This document shows positions 39,215-50,780 of a DNA stretch of 64,000 bases, in pieces (the stretch's first letter is position 1; each line of letters starts with the position of its first letter). The stretch comes from Alphaproteobacteria bacterium (GTDB lineage: Bacteria; Pseudomonadota; Alphaproteobacteria; JAQWUY01). The DNA is taken from the NCBI GenBank assembly GCA_029250225.1, contig JAQWUY010000031.1:226948-290947 (forward strand). The letters run 5' to 3'. Made by a program: the position numbers and the translations under genes. The notes below the pieces were generated by a model. The model was not told the DNA's origin, ran no database searches, and was given only the letters and a program-made list of their open reading frames with translations.

Positions 39215-39302
39215 GTTAAAAGAAATTTACTTAGCCTAGAATCATAAAGAGACACTAATAAATTAATGTCTCTTTATGATTATAACCAGTTAAAGTTAAT
39301 TA

Positions 39303-40337
39303 TTAAAAATTATCTTCTATTTTTTTGGCTAATTCTTCTATGTTCTCAGGTGGGAAATCTTCAACTTGCATTCCTAAACCTAAGCCCATAGCTTGTAGAA
39401 CTTCTTTGATTTCATTCAATGATTTACGACCAAAGTTTGGTGTTCTCAATAAATGTAGTTCTGTCATTTTAACTAACTCACCAATATAAACTATATTTGT
39501 GTTTTTCAAGCAGTTAGCAGAACGAACTGACAATTCAAGCTCATCAACCTTGCGTAATAAATTACGATCAAATGGCAATTCTTCTTCTTTTTCTTCTTCT
39601 TGTGCGATAGCTGGATCTTCAAAATTAACAAAAGAATGGAATTGATCTTGCAATATTCTTGCCGCCAATGCGATTGAATCTTCCGGTGTAACAGAACCGT
39701 TAGTTTCAACATTTAATGTCAATTTATCATAATCAGTGTTTTCACCAACACGAGTATTGTCAATTTTGTATGAAACCTGACGAACAGGTGAAAAAATTGA
39801 ATCAACAGGTATTAAACCAATCGGTGCATCATAAGGACGATTATTACTTGCCGATACATAACCTTTACCAGAACCAACATAGAATTCAATTTCTAGTTTA
39901 GCACCTGAATCTAAGCTACATATTACTAAATCTGGGTTCATAATTTCAACGCCAGAAGGTATTGTAATATCCGATGCCTTAACAACACAAGGACCTGTTA
40001 TATTAAGATTCATTTTTTTGTCATTACCATCAATAGTGCGCAAAGCCAAAGCTTTAATATTTAAAACTATGTCTGTAACATCTTCTTTTACACCAGGTAT
40101 AGAAGAAAACTCATGTAATACACCATTAATTTTTATTGCTGTTACTGCTGAACCTTGTAAAGATGACATTAATACACGACGCAATGCGTTACCCAATGTC
40201 AAACCTAAACCTTTTTCCAAAGGTTCTGCAACTAATGTCGCTGAACGTTCTGGATTATCACCAGATGTCAACTTTAAATTTTCTGGCTTAATAAGTTTTT
40301 GCCAGTTATTTTGTACACTTGTATGAACTTCTTTCAT
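39303..40337 (-). CDS. rpoA: DNA-directed RNA polymerase subunit alpha
   Basis: 344 aa, N-terminal dimerisation domain and C-terminal alphaCTD (...[22 protein letters not shown]...). Confidence 0.95.
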   Translation of the reverse strand: MKEVHTSVQNNWQKLIKPENLKLTSGDNPERSATLVAEPLEKGLGLTLGNALRRVLMSSLQGSAVTAIKINGVLHEFSSIPGVKEDVTDIVLNIKALALRTIDGNDKKMNLNITGPCVVKASDITIPSGVEIMNPDLVICSLDSGAKLEIEFYVGSGKGYVSASNNRPYDAPIGLIPVDSIFSPVRQVSYKIDNTRVGENTDYDKLTLNVETNGSVTPEDSIALAARILQDQFHSFVNFEDPAIAQEEEKEEELPFDRNLLRKVDELELSVRSANCLKNTNIVYIGELVKMTELHLLRTPNFGRKSLNEIKEVLQAMGLGLGMQVEDFPPENIEELAKKIEDNF

Positions 40338-40405
40338 AGTTAATGACCTTTCTCATTAAAGTATTAAAAAATAATTACCTTTTGTAAATTATTTAATATA
40401 CACAA

Positions 40406-40792
40406 TTACACACGACGACGCTTACGAGGGCGACAACCGTTATGTGGAATTGGCGTAACATCACGAATTATCGTAATATTTAAACCAATTGAATGTAAGG
40501 CACGCAATGCTGATTCACGACCAGAACCAGGCCCTTTTACATTTACCTCAAGAGTTTTTAAACCGTGCTCTTGTGCTTTGCGACCAGCATCTTCGGCTGC
40601 AATCTGTGCTGCATAAGGTGTAGATTTACGAGAACCTTTAAACCCTTGCATACCAGCAGAAGACCAAGATATAGCATTACCTTGAACATCTGTAATTGTA
40701 ATCATTGTATTATTAAATGTAGAATTAATGTGAGCGATACCAGAAGTAATATTCTTCTTATCACGACGTTTACGAATAGGTGCTTTTGCCAT
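40406..40792 (-). CDS. rpsK: 30S ribosomal protein S11
   Basis: ...[18 protein letters not shown]...[14 protein letters not shown]... Confidence 0.95.
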   Translation of the reverse strand: MAKAPIRKRRDKKNITSGIAHINSTFNNTMITITDVQGNAISWSSAGMQGFKGSRKSTPYAAQIAAEDAGRKAQEHGLKTLEVNVKGPGSGRESALRALHSIGLNITIIRDVTPIPHNGCRPRKRRRV

Positions 40793-40807
40793 AATTATTA
40801 TCCCTCT

Positions 40808-41176
40808 CTATTTTTTCTTGCCAGCGATTGCAACAGACTTACCTTTACGAGTGCGAGCATTCGTTTTAGTACGTTGTCCACGAACAGGTAATCTCTTACG
40901 GTGGCGTAAACCACGGTAGCAACCTAAATCTAATAATCTTTTAATATTTAATGATACTGTACGGCGAAGGTCACCTTCTACCGTGTAATCACTATCAATT
41001 AATGAACGAATTTTTGTCAATTGATCTTCAGTTAAATCTTTAACACGAACACTTTCATCTATACCTGCTTTTTTACAGATTTGTGATGCATGTGTGTGAC
41101 CAATTCCGAAAATGTAAGTAAGTGATATAACTACGCGCTTATCCGTAGGTATATTAACACCTGATATACGAGCCAT
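40808..41176 (-). CDS. rpsM: 30S ribosomal protein S13
   Basis: [10 protein letters not shown]... ATG at 41174-41176 with AAGGAAA SD. Confidence 0.93.
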   Translation of the reverse strand: MARISGVNIPTDKRVVISLTYIFGIGHTHASQICKKAGIDESVRVKDLTEDQLTKIRSLIDSDYTVEGDLRRTVSLNIKRLLDLGCYRGLRHRKRLPVRGQRTKTNARTRKGKSVAIAGKKK

Positions 41177-41353
41177 TTTATTTCCTTTCAATTTTGCTAA
41201 ACAAGGGCCTACCCCTTATCTCAACGCATATGTATAACCAATCCATTCGGCATACATAACCACCTGACTCATTCAAATGGTCTGTAATCAATACAGCAAA
41301 CACCAAGTAGAGTCAAGAAAAAAACTAATTTTTAAGTAATTTAAAAAGATGAT

Positions 41354-41926
41354 TTAACCGATAACATCAGCTAATAAAGCAGAAACCACCTCTACGCGAG
41401 GCATACCATCGATTTTTTTCAGTAAACCTTTATCTCCATAATACTCTAATACAGGTTTTGTTTGTTCGTAATACACATCTAATCTTTTTCTTAAAGTATC
41501 AGGGGTATCATCAGAACGACGTTCATTATCAGGTGTCTCAGCAATTCGTTTTTCTACACGGGAAATTAATATTTCATCGTCGACTTGCAACTGTATAACA
41601 AAATCAAGCTTCTTACCCATTTTTTCTAGCATAGCATCAAGACCTTGACCCTGTGCCTTTGTACGGGGAAACCCATCAAATATTACACCGTTTTTACAAT
41701 CTGGTTGTTCCATACGGTCTTTTACAATACCTAATATAGTTTCATCATCTACCAAATCGCCATTCTTCATAATCTCAGAAGCTTTAATGCCTAATTCTGT
41801 ACCATCAGAAATCGCCTTACGAAGCATATCACCCGTTGATAATTGAACTAAATTATATTTTTCTACCAAAAACTTAGATTGTGTTCCTTTGCCTGCAGCT
41901 GGGGGACCAAATAAAATAACATTCAT
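41354..41926 (-). CDS. adk: Adenylate kinase (short form, no zinc lid)
   Basis: MNVILFGPPAAGKGTQ P-loop; 190 aa. Confidence 0.9.
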   Translation of the reverse strand: MNVILFGPPAAGKGTQSKFLVEKYNLVQLSTGDMLRKAISDGTELGIKASEIMKNGDLVDDETILGIVKDRMEQPDCKNGVIFDGFPRTKAQGQGLDAMLEKMGKKLDFVIQLQVDDEILISRVEKRIAETPDNERRSDDTPDTLRKRLDVYYEQTKPVLEYYGDKGLLKKIDGMPRVEVVSALLADVIG

Positions 41927-41957
41927 AATAAATTCTCTTTCAAGGTTAGATAATAAA

Positions 41958-43292
41958 TTAGCGATTAAATCTTTTTTGTTTATTTTGCTTCTTATTCATT
42001 AAATTGGCATATTGTTTTGCATATGTATGACTTTGAATCTGTATCATTGTATCCATTGTAACAGTTACAACAATTAATAAACTAGTTCCACCAAAATAAA
42101 ATGGAACAGAATATTTTGAAACCAAGAATTCAGGCAATAAACAAACAAATAGTAAATAAGCAGAACCTATTACAGTTATGCGAGAAAGAACATATTCAAA
42201 ATATTCAGATGTCATAGCACCAGGACGATATCCAGGTACGATAGCTCCATTTTTTCTAAGGTTTTCAGATGTTTCTTTCGCATTAAATACAATAGTCGTA
42301 TAAAAGAAACAGAAAAATACTATTAATAAGCCGTATGCTACCATAAAACCAATTTGCCCGCGCCCTAATTGTGCCGACAATGCTTGTAACCATTCCGGAC
42401 TATCTTGACCAACAAAACCTGCAAATGTAAGCGGTAATAATAATAAAGAACTAGCAAATATTGGAGGTATTACTCCACTAGTATTAATTTTAATAGGCAT
42501 ATGACTAGTTTGTCCACCCATTACTTGCATACCAACTTGTCGTTTTGGATATTGAATTGTCATTCGACGGAATGACCTTTCCATAAATACTATGAAATAT
42601 ATAACCGCAATAGCCATAACAATAAGGAATATTATAAATGTTGTTGATAATGCACCTGTTCTTCCTAGTTCAAATAAAGAAGCCAGAGCAGAAGGCAGAT
42701 TTGCAACAATACCAGCATATATAATTAAGGATATACCGTTACCTATTCCCCTTTGTGTAATTTGTTCGCCCAACCACATAAGAAATAATGTACCACCCAA
42801 CAATGTTACAACTGTGCTCATACGGAACATCATACCCGGATCAATAACAGCTGATGCACCTGATGATGTTGTTAAACCTTCCAAACCAGCAGCCATACCG
42901 AAACCTTGCCCCATAGCCAATAATACAGTTAAATATCTTGTCCATTGGGTAATTTTTCTTTGTCCTGTTGCACCTTCTTTTTTCACTTCTTCCATATATG
43001 GGAATATAGCTGTTGATAATTGCATAATAATAGATGCCGAAATATAAGGCATAATGTTTAGTGCAAATACAGACATTCTAGATAAAGCACCACCAGAAAA
43101 CATATCAAACATACCCAATATACCACCGGATTGTTGTTTAAATATATCTTCTAATGCAACAGGGTCAATACCTGGTAATGGCACATATGTACCAATTCTA
43201 CAAACTATCAATGCCCCTAAAACAAAAAATATTCTTGATGATAACTCGGACTGTTGTTTTTGACCTGCTGTTGCCATAATAAACTTCTCCAT
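41958..43292 (-). CDS. secY: Protein translocase subunit SecY
   Basis: 10-TM SecY with ...RIFFVLGALIVCRIGTYVPLPG... N-terminus. Confidence 0.95.
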   Translation of the reverse strand: MEKFIMATAGQKQQSELSSRIFFVLGALIVCRIGTYVPLPGIDPVALEDIFKQQSGGILGMFDMFSGGALSRMSVFALNIMPYISASIIMQLSTAIFPYMEEVKKEGATGQRKITQWTRYLTVLLAMGQGFGMAAGLEGLTTSSGASAVIDPGMMFRMSTVVTLLGGTLFLMWLGEQITQRGIGNGISLIIYAGIVANLPSALASLFELGRTGALSTTFIIFLIVMAIAVIYFIVFMERSFRRMTIQYPKRQVGMQVMGGQTSHMPIKINTSGVIPPIFASSLLLLPLTFAGFVGQDSPEWLQALSAQLGRGQIGFMVAYGLLIVFFCFFYTTIVFNAKETSENLRKNGAIVPGYRPGAMTSEYFEYVLSRITVIGSAYLLFVCLLPEFLVSKYSVPFYFGGTSLLIVVTVTMDTMIQIQSHTYAKQYANLMNKKQNKQKRFNR

Positions 43293-43329
43293 AAAAAAAT
43301 ATAATATCTCGACACCTTACAATAAAATA

Positions 43330-43362
43330 AAAAAAAGGGCAATATAAATTGCCCCCTTTTTA
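43330..43362 (-). terminator. Intrinsic-terminator-like hairpin between rplO and secY (possible attenuator)
   Basis: Minus strand reads GGGGGCAAT-ttat-ATTGCCC followed by T8. The plus strand also reads as stem plus T5. Confidence 0.45.
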
Positions 43363-43396
43363 TTAAAATAACAAAATATTAATTAACTAACTGAGT

Positions 43397-43939
43397 TTAG
43401 AAACCAGCTTTTTTTCTATCTTGTTGTTTTTTCTCTTGTCTTTTAAGTCTGCCTTTTTTAACAGGCTTTTCAGATTTTGGTGTATCAAGGATTGTAATTT
43501 TACCACCCGCTTTTTCAACAGCACTAACAGCTGATGCAGATGCACCATTAACAGTAATGTTTACTTTTGCTTTTAATTCACCATTACCTAACAATCTTAC
43601 AGCCGTGTCAGAAGCACGAACTAAACCAGCAATAGCTAGTTCAACAATAGTAATGTCTTTGCTAGTATCGATTTTCTTTGCATCGATAGCAGACTGCAAG
43701 CGACCTAGGTTCACTTCAGCTCTTTCGATACGGAAAATGTTGTTAAATCCTCGCTTAGGTACGCGACGATAAAATGGCATTTGTCCGCCTTCAAATCCTT
43801 TGATAGCTACACCTGAACGAGATTTCTGACCTTTATGTCCACGACCAGCTGTTTTACCTTTACCAGAACCAATACCACGACCAACTCTGTTGCGTGATTT
43901 TTTCGAACCAGCATTATCAAATAAATCATTTAATTTCAT
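43397..43939 (-). CDS. rplO: 50S ribosomal protein L15
   Basis: MKLNDL...[24 protein letters not shown]... Extended to 180 aa by a C-terminal K/E-rich tail. Confidence 0.93.
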   Translation of the reverse strand: MKLNDLFDNAGSKKSRNRVGRGIGSGKGKTAGRGHKGQKSRSGVAIKGFEGGQMPFYRRVPKRGFNNIFRIERAEVNLGRLQSAIDAKKIDTSKDITIVELAIAGLVRASDTAVRLLGNGELKAKVNITVNGASASAVSAVEKAGGKITILDTPKSEKPVKKGRLKRQEKKQQDRKKAGF

Positions 43940-43980
43940 TTTTTTATCCTTTGTTATTGTTTGCCAAAGATTAAATAATA

Positions 43981-44157
43981 TTAACCTTCAACTCGCACTA
44001 AGTGCTTAACCTTTCTAATCATACCACGAACCGCCGGAGTATCTTCCAACTCAGAAGTTTTGTGCATTTTATTCAAGCCCAAACCAACCAAAGTTGCCTT
44101 TTGTGATGCTTCACGACGAATAGGGCTACCTGTTTGTGTAATTTTAATTTTTGCCAT
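43981..44157 (-). CDS. rpmD: 50S ribosomal protein L30
   Basis: Manual translation [58 protein letters not shown] (58 aa). Expected slot between rplO and rpsE. Omitted from the track because shorter than 60 aa. Confidence 0.85.
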   Translation of the reverse strand: MAKIKITQTGSPIRREASQKATLVGLGLNKMHKTSELEDTPAVRGMIRKVKHLVRVEG

Positions 44158-44168
44158 AGTATCCCACC

Positions 44169-44741
44169 TTATTCGCTATCTTGTTGAGATGCTTGCTGTT
44201 TATTGTAATCACCATCACGATTAACAACAACATCAGAAACTTTTTTACCACGACGAGATGCAATAGAACGAGGTGATTCAGTTTTTTGCAAGCCATCAAT
44301 TGTCGCACGGATAATATTATATGGATTTGATGTACCAACAGATTTTGATACTACATCCTGAATACCCAATGCTTCCAATACAGCACGCATCGCACCACCA
44401 GCAATAATACCAGTACCAGCAGGAGCAGAACGCATCACAACACGACCAGCACCAAAGTGACCTTTAACATCGTGGTGTAGAGTGCGACCATCTCTCAATG
44501 GAACTCTTATCATATTTTTCTTAGCTGAATCAGTCGCTTTTTGAATTGCTTCCGGAACTTCTTTTGCTTTACCAGAACCAAAACCAACACGGCCTTTTTC
44601 ATCGCCCACTACTACTAATGCAGCAAAGCCAAAGCGACGACCACCTTTTACTACTTTTGCAACACGGTTTACTGCAACTAATTTTTCTATTAATTCAGAT
44701 TCATTAGTTTCAGATTTTTTATTGTTCCCACGAATAGACAT
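44169..44741 (-). CDS. rpsE: 30S ribosomal protein S5
   Basis: ...[35 protein letters not shown]... Confidence 0.95.
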   Translation of the reverse strand: MSIRGNNKKSETNESELIEKLVAVNRVAKVVKGGRRFGFAALVVVGDEKGRVGFGSGKAKEVPEAIQKATDSAKKNMIRVPLRDGRTLHHDVKGHFGAGRVVMRSAPAGTGIIAGGAMRAVLEALGIQDVVSKSVGTSNPYNIIRATIDGLQKTESPRSIASRRGKKVSDVVVNRDGDYNKQQASQQDSE

Positions 44742-44754
44742 ATCTTTTCCCTTC

Positions 44755-45117
44755 CTAGAACTTCAATCCGCCAGCACGAGCAGCATCTGCTAATGCCTTA
44801 ACACGGCCGTGATATTTATATGAACCGCGATCAAAAACAACTGTATCAACACCTGCTTCTTTCGCACGGACAGCTAACTCTTCTCCAACTTTCGTAGCAG
44901 CAGATACATTTGCACCGTTTTTTTGATCCTTAAGCACATTTTTATCAACTGTTGAAGCTGAAACTAATGTATGACCTTTTAAATCATCTATAATCTGTGC
45001 ATAAATGTGTTTGCCTGAACGGAAAACTGAAAGACGCAACTTATCACCAGATTTTTTACTAATCTGGAAACGAGTACGGCTTTTACGACGATTTTGTAAT
45101 TGTCTTGTAGATAACAT
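44755..45117 (-). CDS. rplR: 50S ribosomal protein L18
   Basis: 120 aa, ...[18 protein letters not shown]... Confidence 0.93.
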   Translation of the reverse strand: MLSTRQLQNRRKSRTRFQISKKSGDKLRLSVFRSGKHIYAQIIDDLKGHTLVSASTVDKNVLKDQKNGANVSAATKVGEELAVRAKEAGVDTVVFDRGSYKYHGRVKALADAARAGGLKF

Positions 45118-45130
45118 TTTTCCTTACCCC

Positions 45131-45661
45131 TTACTTTTTCTTGCCTTCTTTACGCAAGATTTCTTCGCCAACATAACGAACACCTTTACCTTTGTAAGGC
45201 TCTGGTGGACGATATCCACGAATTTCACTTGCAACTTGTCCAACGCGTTGAGAATTAATTCCTTCTATCGTGATAATATTTTTAGCAACAGAAATCTTTA
45301 AATCAGAAGGTATAGGATAATTCACATCGTGTGAAAAACCTAATTGTAGACTTAAAGCGTTACCAGAAACAGATGCACGATAACCAACACCTTTCATCTC
45401 AAGCTTTTTACTGAAGCCTTCTGTCACACCAACTATTGCTTGTGCTAGTAATGCGCGAACAGTTCCCCAAGCTTGACGAGTTGTCTTAGTTTTGTTAGCA
45501 GGACTAACAACAGCTTGGCCATCAGCGATATCAACAGAAATGTTATTTAAAACAGAAACAGTTAACTCACCAAGTTTTCCCTTTACAGTCATTACATTAC
45601 CAGATTTGTTTACTTCAACACCTTCTGGAATTATAACAGGGTTTAATCCGACTCTTGACAT
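45131..45661 (-). CDS. rplF: 50S ribosomal protein L6
   Basis: MSRVGLNPVIIPEGVEV... Confidence 0.95.
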   Translation of the reverse strand: MSRVGLNPVIIPEGVEVNKSGNVMTVKGKLGELTVSVLNNISVDIADGQAVVSPANKTKTTRQAWGTVRALLAQAIVGVTEGFSKKLEMKGVGYRASVSGNALSLQLGFSHDVNYPIPSDLKISVAKNIITIEGINSQRVGQVASEIRGYRPPEPYKGKGVRYVGEEILRKEGKKK

Positions 45662-45673
45662 CTTATTTCCCCT

Positions 45674-46072
45674 CTAGAATACTTGGCATAGTACTTCGCC
45701 ACCAACATTTTCGTTGCGAGCTTGTACATCGCTCATTACACCGCGAGGCGTAGTTAGAATTGACATACCTAAACCGTTATAAACACGATTCAGAGACTTG
45801 ATTTTAGAATAAACACGACGACCAGGTTTTGATACTCGTTTTATTTCACGAATAGCACCTTTACCTTCATGGTATTTAAGTTCAATAGAAATTTCAGAGA
45901 TACCCTTACGAATTTCTTTTACTTCGAAACCACGAATAAAGCCTTCATTTTTTAATACTTCTAATACACTTGTGCGCAAATGTGACGCAGGACAACTAAC
46001 CAACGCTAAATTAGCATTTTGGCCGTTACGAATACGGGTAAGCATATCACCCAATGGATCTGACATTGACAT
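45674..46072 (-). CDS. rpsH: 30S ribosomal protein S8
   Basis: MSMSDPLGDMLTRIRNGQ... Confidence 0.95.
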   Translation of the reverse strand: MSMSDPLGDMLTRIRNGQNANLALVSCPASHLRTSVLEVLKNEGFIRGFEVKEIRKGISEISIELKYHEGKGAIREIKRVSKPGRRVYSKIKSLNRVYNGLGMSILTTPRGVMSDVQARNENVGGEVLCQVF

Positions 46073-46087
46073 TGATGTATTCCTTTC

Positions 46088-46393
46088 TTACCAGCTTGAC
46101 TTAACTACACCAGGGATTTTACCTTGGTTAGCAAGTTCGCGTAATTTAATACGCGACATTTCAAATTTACGGTAATAACCGTGCGGACGACCTGTTATAC
46201 CGCAACGATTACGAATACGGTTAGGGTTTGAGTTTCTAGGAACTTGCTGTAATTGCAACTGAACTTTAAAACGCTCTTCCAAAGGAAGTTCTTTATTCAT
46301 AACAATAGCCTTTAATCTTGCACGACGATTCTCGTACTTAGAAGCTAGACGAACTCTTTTTTGATTTCTTTCTTTAGCTGATACTTTTGCCAT
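46088..46393 (-). CDS. rpsN: 30S ribosomal protein S14 (long form)
   Basis: [13 protein letters not shown]... 101 aa. Confidence 0.93.
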   Translation of the reverse strand: MAKVSAKERNQKRVRLASKYENRRARLKAIVMNKELPLEERFKVQLQLQQVPRNSNPNRIRNRCGITGRPHGYYRKFEMSRIKLRELANQGKIPGVVKSSW

Positions 46394-46398
46394 TATTA

Positions 46399-46962
46399 TT
46401 AACCTTTCTTTCTAAAAGGCATAGACATTTCAGCAAGTAAAGCTCTTGCTTCTTCATCAGTGCCAGCAGTTGTACATACAACAACATTCATACCACGAGT
46501 GGTATTAACATCATCATAGTTAATCTCAGGAAATACAATTTGCTCAGTAATACCAAGTGAATAGTTTCCGCGACCATCAAAAGATTTGTCGCTTACACCG
46601 CGAAAGTCTCTTACACGAGGCAATGCAATGTTTACTAAACGGTCCAAGAATTCCCACATTCTATCTTTTCGTAGAGTAACTTTACACCCAATAGGCATAC
46701 CCTCGCGTAATTTAAATGTAGCAATAGATTTCTTCGCAGTCGTAACAACTACTTTTTGACCTGCTATTTTTTCCAATTCCTCTACTGCAGAGGCAATATG
46801 TTTTTTGTCCGCAACGGCAGCACCAACACCCATGTTGATAACTATTTTGTCAAGACGAGGAACTTCCATGATATTTTTATAACCAAATTGTTCCTGCATC
46901 TTTTTAATCACTACCGACTGGTAATGATCTTTCAGCCGTGGGACGTACTGTTCTTTAGACAT
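46399..46962 (-). CDS. rplE: 50S ribosomal protein L5
   Basis: ...[16 protein letters not shown]... ATG at 46960-46962 ([15 protein letters not shown]) preferred; the track start further upstream overlaps rplX. Confidence 0.9.
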   Translation of the reverse strand: MSKEQYVPRLKDHYQSVVIKKMQEQFGYKNIMEVPRLDKIVINMGVGAAVADKKHIASAVEELEKIAGQKVVVTTAKKSIATFKLREGMPIGCKVTLRKDRMWEFLDRLVNIALPRVRDFRGVSDKSFDGRGNYSLGITEQIVFPEINYDDVNTTRGMNVVVCTTAGTDEEARALLAEMSMPFRKKG

Positions 46963-46990
46963 CAGCCGTATCCCTTTCTTTTTTAACAGT

Positions 46991-47308
46991 TTACTTATCG
47001 ATAGCAGTTCCAGAACGCTTTGCAATGCGTACTTTCGTGCCATCTTTCTCAATTTTCACGCTTGTGCGTGTAGCTTTGCCATCTTTCGGATCGATGTGTG
47101 CAACATTACTTGCATCAATAGATAATTCCTTAGGAATTATCCCACCTTCCGAGTTCTGTGATGGTTTCGTGTGCCTTTTTACCACATTTACCCCACCAAT
47201 GACAACCCTATTTTTTTCGGTAATGACATTTAGCACTTCACCTTGCTTACCTTTGTCTTTACCTGCAATAACTATTACCTTATCGCCTTTTCTAATTTTT
47301 GCAACCAT
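46991..47308 (-). CDS. rplX: 50S ribosomal protein L24
   Basis: [25 protein letters not shown]... Confidence 0.95.
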   Translation of the reverse strand: MVAKIRKGDKVIVIAGKDKGKQGEVLNVITEKNRVVIGGVNVVKRHTKPSQNSEGGIIPKELSIDASNVAHIDPKDGKATRTSVKIEKDGTKVRIAKRSGTAIDK

Positions 47309-47309
47309 T

Positions 47310-47678
47310 TTACAATACCTCCGGTGCTAACGAAATAATTTTCATATAGCCTTTTGCTCGCAATTCACGAACAACTGGGCCAAAGATTCGTGTTCCAATT
47401 GGTTCACCATTCTTGTTAATTAAAACTGCAGCATTATTATCAAAACGAATAACTGAACCATCTTTACGACGAACATCTTTCGCTGTGCGAACAATTACTG
47501 CACGATGAACTGTACCTTTTTTCACACGGCCACGAGGGATTGCATCTTTAACACTTACCACGATTATGTCACCAACCGAAGCTGTACGACGATGTGAACC
47601 ACCTAGCACCTTAATACACATTACTGAACGAGCACCAGAATTGTCAGCTACATCTAATTTACTTTGCATTTGTATCAT
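47310..47678 (-). CDS. rplN: 50S ribosomal protein L14
   Basis: [17 protein letters not shown]... Confidence 0.96.
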   Translation of the reverse strand: MIQMQSKLDVADNSGARSVMCIKVLGGSHRRTASVGDIIVVSVKDAIPRGRVKKGTVHRAVIVRTAKDVRRKDGSVIRFDNNAAVLINKNGEPIGTRIFGPVVRELRAKGYMKIISLAPEVL

Positions 47679-47696
47679 AACTTAAATTCCTCTACT

Positions 47697-47933
47697 TTAT
47701 GCTTCGTCCAAAATTACTTCCCAAGTTTTAGTCTTGGAAATAGGACGACATTCTTGAATTCTTACTGTGTCACCCTTTTGAAACTTATTAGCTTCATCGT
47801 GTGCAGTAAACTTTTTAGATTTTCTTACAATTTTGCCCAATATCGGGTGTTTTTCACGGCGTTCAACCAATACTGTGATAGTTTTATCAGCAGAAGAAGA
47901 GGTAACTGTACCTTGTAAAATTCTTTTTGGCAT
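47697..47933 (-). CDS. rpsQ: 30S ribosomal protein S17
   Basis: [21 protein letters not shown]... ATG at 47931-47933; the longer track ORF overlaps rpmC. Confidence 0.9.
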   Translation of the reverse strand: MPKRILQGTVTSSSADKTITVLVERREKHPILGKIVRKSKKFTAHDEANKFQKGDTVRIQECRPISKTKTWEVILDEA

Positions 47934-47946
47934 ATCTTTTCCTTTC

Positions 47947-48141
47947 TTACCCGTTGGCTTTTGTTTCATTAACTAGGGTTTTAATTTTTGCAATATCACG
48001 GCGCACTTCTTTTATTCGCGCAGTAGATTGCAATTGACCACCAGCTAATTGGAAACGCAAGTTAAATTGTTCCTTACGAAGCTCTAACAATTGTTGTTTC
48101 AATTGCTTTTCATTTTTTTTACGAAGTTCAACTGTTTTCAT
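47947..48141 (-). CDS. rpmC: 50S ribosomal protein L29
   Basis: 64 aa, [31 protein letters not shown]... Confidence 0.92.
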   Translation of the reverse strand: MKTVELRKKNEKQLKQQLLELRKEQFNLRFQLAGGQLQSTARIKEVRRDIAKIKTLVNETKANG

Positions 48142-48156
48142 ATGTTCTAGCTCCTC

Positions 48157-48570
48157 TTATAAACCAATTCGTTTAACTATTTTACATTTTATAGGCAACT
48201 TAGCAGCAGCTAATTCAAAAGCTTCTCGTACCTTATCTTCTTCAACACCAAGTACTTCAAACATAATGCGACCAGGTTTGATACGACAAGCCCAATAATC
48301 AGGCGAACCTTTACCTTTACCCATACGAACCTCTGCTGGTTTACTTGTTACTGGCAAGTCAGGGAATATACGAATCCATACCTTACCTTGTCTTTTAATG
48401 TGACGAACCATTGCACGACGTGCTGCTTCGATTTGACGAGCTGTTACGCGTTCTGGTTCAAGTGCCTTTAGACCAAAGTCGCCAAAGGCAAGTTCAGAAC
48501 CACCCTTAGCATTGCCGTGTATACGACCTTTATGCTGTTTGCGGTGTTTTACTCTTTTTGGACTTAACAT
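48157..48570 (-). CDS. rplP: 50S ribosomal protein L16
   Basis: [16 protein letters not shown]... Confidence 0.96.
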   Translation of the reverse strand: MLSPKRVKHRKQHKGRIHGNAKGGSELAFGDFGLKALEPERVTARQIEAARRAMVRHIKRQGKVWIRIFPDLPVTSKPAEVRMGKGKGSPDYWACRIKPGRIMFEVLGVEEDKVREAFELAAAKLPIKCKIVKRIGL

Positions 48571-48593
48571 TTTTTATTTTCCTTACCTTTAAA

Positions 48594-49262
48594 TTAACGA
48601 CTTTCATTCAAGTGCTTATCCATTGCACTTGGATCGTGAGCCATAATTTCACCTTTGAAAATCCATACTTTAATACCGATTATACCATATGTTGTATGAC
48701 CTTCGGCAGTACCATAATCCACATTAGCTCTTAATGTGTGTAATGGAACACGACCTTCTCGGTACCATTCTGTTCTTGCAATCTCAGCTCCGCCAAGACG
48801 ACCTGAACAATTAATACGAATACCTTTTGCACCAGCACGCAATGCATTTTGCACTGCACGCTTCATCGCACGACGGAATGTAACTCGGCGTTCTAATTGC
48901 TGTGCTACACCTTCGGCAACAAATTTTGCATCAATATCTGGTTTACGAATTTCAACAATATTTAATGCTACTTCTGATTTTGAAATTCCTTGTAACTTTT
49001 TACGTAAAGTTTCAATATCAGCACCTTTCTTACCAATGATAAGACCTGGGCGAGCAGCATATATAGTAACTCTTGCTTTACCTGCAGGGCGTTCAACTAT
49101 TACTCTTGAAATACCAGCTTGTTTTAAATTCTTCTCAATATAAGAACGAATTTTAAAATCTTCGTGTAAATTCTTAGCGTATGATTTATCAGCATACCAA
49201 CGAGAATCCCAAGTACGGTTAATTCCTAAACGCAGACCAATTGGATTTACTTTTTGACCCAT
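48594..49262 (-). CDS. rpsC: 30S ribosomal protein S3
   Basis: [13 protein letters not shown]... ATG at 49260-49262 with AAGGAG SD. Confidence 0.93.
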   Translation of the reverse strand: MGQKVNPIGLRLGINRTWDSRWYADKSYAKNLHEDFKIRSYIEKNLKQAGISRVIVERPAGKARVTIYAARPGLIIGKKGADIETLRKKLQGISKSEVALNIVEIRKPDIDAKFVAEGVAQQLERRVTFRRAMKRAVQNALRAGAKGIRINCSGRLGGAEIARTEWYREGRVPLHTLRANVDYGTAEGHTTYGIIGIKVWIFKGEIMAHDPSAMDKHLNESR

Positions 49263-49263
49263 T

Positions 49264-49641
49264 TTAAGACTCCTTCTTTTCACTAACAATTACAGTTAAA
49301 TTTGCAAACGGCTTTAAGATTTTACCTACACGCCCTCTTGCTCTTGGACGGAATCTTTTCATAACAAAAGATTTACCGACAAATGCTTCTTTCACAACAA
49401 GGCTATCGATGTCTAAATTGTGGTTGTTTTCTGCATTAGCAATAGCTGATTCTAATGCTTTTTTCACATCCACAGCTATGCGACGCTTTGAAAACGTTAA
49501 ATCAGAAAGCGCTTTACTTGCATCTTTACCACGAATTAGTCCGGCAACAAGGTTTAGTTTCTGAGGACTAGTACGAAGATTACGAGTAACCGCTTTTGCC
49601 TCCGTATCAGCCAATTGTCTTACTAAAGATTTTTTACTCAT
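49264..49641 (-). CDS. rplV: 50S ribosomal protein L22
   Basis: 125 aa, ...[19 protein letters not shown]... Confidence 0.93.
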   Translation of the reverse strand: MSKKSLVRQLADTEAKAVTRNLRTSPQKLNLVAGLIRGKDASKALSDLTFSKRRIAVDVKKALESAIANAENNHNLDIDSLVVKEAFVGKSFVMKRFRPRARGRVGKILKPFANLTVIVSEKKES

Positions 49642-49652
49642 TATTTTACCTC

Positions 49653-49928
49653 TTACCTTTTAGACTTCTTATCCGCTGTGTGTCCCCAATAAGTTCGGGT
49701 TGGAGCGAATTCACCAAATTTGTGACCAATCATTTCTTCCGTTACAAGAACAGGAACAAACTTACGGCCATTATGAATACCAAAAGTTAAACCTACAAAT
49801 TGTGGTAAAACTGTTGATCTTCTTGACCAAGTCTTAATAACATCTTTACGACCACTTTCACGAACAGTTTCAGCTTTCTTTAACAGATAGCCATCAACAA
49901 AAGGACCTTTCCATACAGATCTTGACAT
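49653..49928 (-). CDS. rpsS: 30S ribosomal protein S19
   Basis: [18 protein letters not shown]... ATG at 49926-49928 with AAGGAG SD; the longer track ORF runs into rplB. Confidence 0.92.
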   Translation of the reverse strand: MSRSVWKGPFVDGYLLKKAETVRESGRKDVIKTWSRRSTVLPQFVGLTFGIHNGRKFVPVLVTEEMIGHKFGEFAPTRTYWGHTADKKSKR

Positions 49929-49938
49929 ATTTAACTCC

Positions 49939-50769
49939 TTACTTCTTAGCGCCACGACGACGAATAATAAATTTATCAGTCGCTTTATTTGAACGCGTCT
50001 TTTTACCTTTAGTCGGAACACCCCAAGGCGTAACAGGATTACGACCACCTGATGTACGACCTTCACCACCACCGTGTGGGTGGTCAACTGGGTTCATGGC
50101 TACACCACGAACTTTTGGACGATTACCTAACCAACGAGAACGACCCGCTTTACCAATTTTAATATTCTTTTGATCCGGATTTGAAACCGCACCAATAGTT
50201 GCCATACACTCAGAACGAACTACTCTAAGCTCACCAGACATCAATTTTAATTGAGCATATCCATCACCACGACCAACAAGCTGTGCATAACAACCTGCTG
50301 AACGAGCTAATTGTCCACCTTTACCTTGCTTCAATTCAACATTGTGAATTATTGTACCGATAGGCATATTAGCAAGAGCCATAGAGTTACCAGGTTTAAT
50401 ATCAGCATCTTTCGAAGAAATTACTTTATCACCAACTGATAATCTTTGAGGCGCTAGAATATAAGACAATTCACCGTCTTCGTATTTAATTAATGCAATA
50501 AACGCACTACGATTAGGATCATATTCAATTCTTTCAACTGTTGCTGAAATATCAAATTTATTTCTCTTAAAATCTATAATACGATATTTTCTTTTGTGAC
50601 CACCACCTTTACGACGCATCGTGATTGAGCCCGTATTGTTGCGACCACCTGATTTAGTCAAACCTTCTGTTAAAGATTTAACTGGTCCACCTTTATACAA
50701 TTCACTACGGTCAATTAATACTAATGCGCGTTGTGAAGGTGTGGTTGGTTTATAGTGTTTTAATCCCAT
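49939..50769 (-). CDS. rplB: 50S ribosomal protein L2
   Basis: 276 aa, ...HPHGGGEGR... Confidence 0.96.
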   Translation of the reverse strand: MGLKHYKPTTPSQRALVLIDRSELYKGGPVKSLTEGLTKSGGRNNTGSITMRRKGGGHKRKYRIIDFKRNKFDISATVERIEYDPNRSAFIALIKYEDGELSYILAPQRLSVGDKVISSKDADIKPGNSMALANMPIGTIIHNVELKQGKGGQLARSAGCYAQLVGRGDGYAQLKLMSGELRVVRSECMATIGAVSNPDQKNIKIGKAGRSRWLGNRPKVRGVAMNPVDHPHGGGEGRTSGGRNPVTPWGVPTKGKKTRSNKATDKFIIRRRGAKK

Positions 50770-50780
50770 GATAATTCCCC

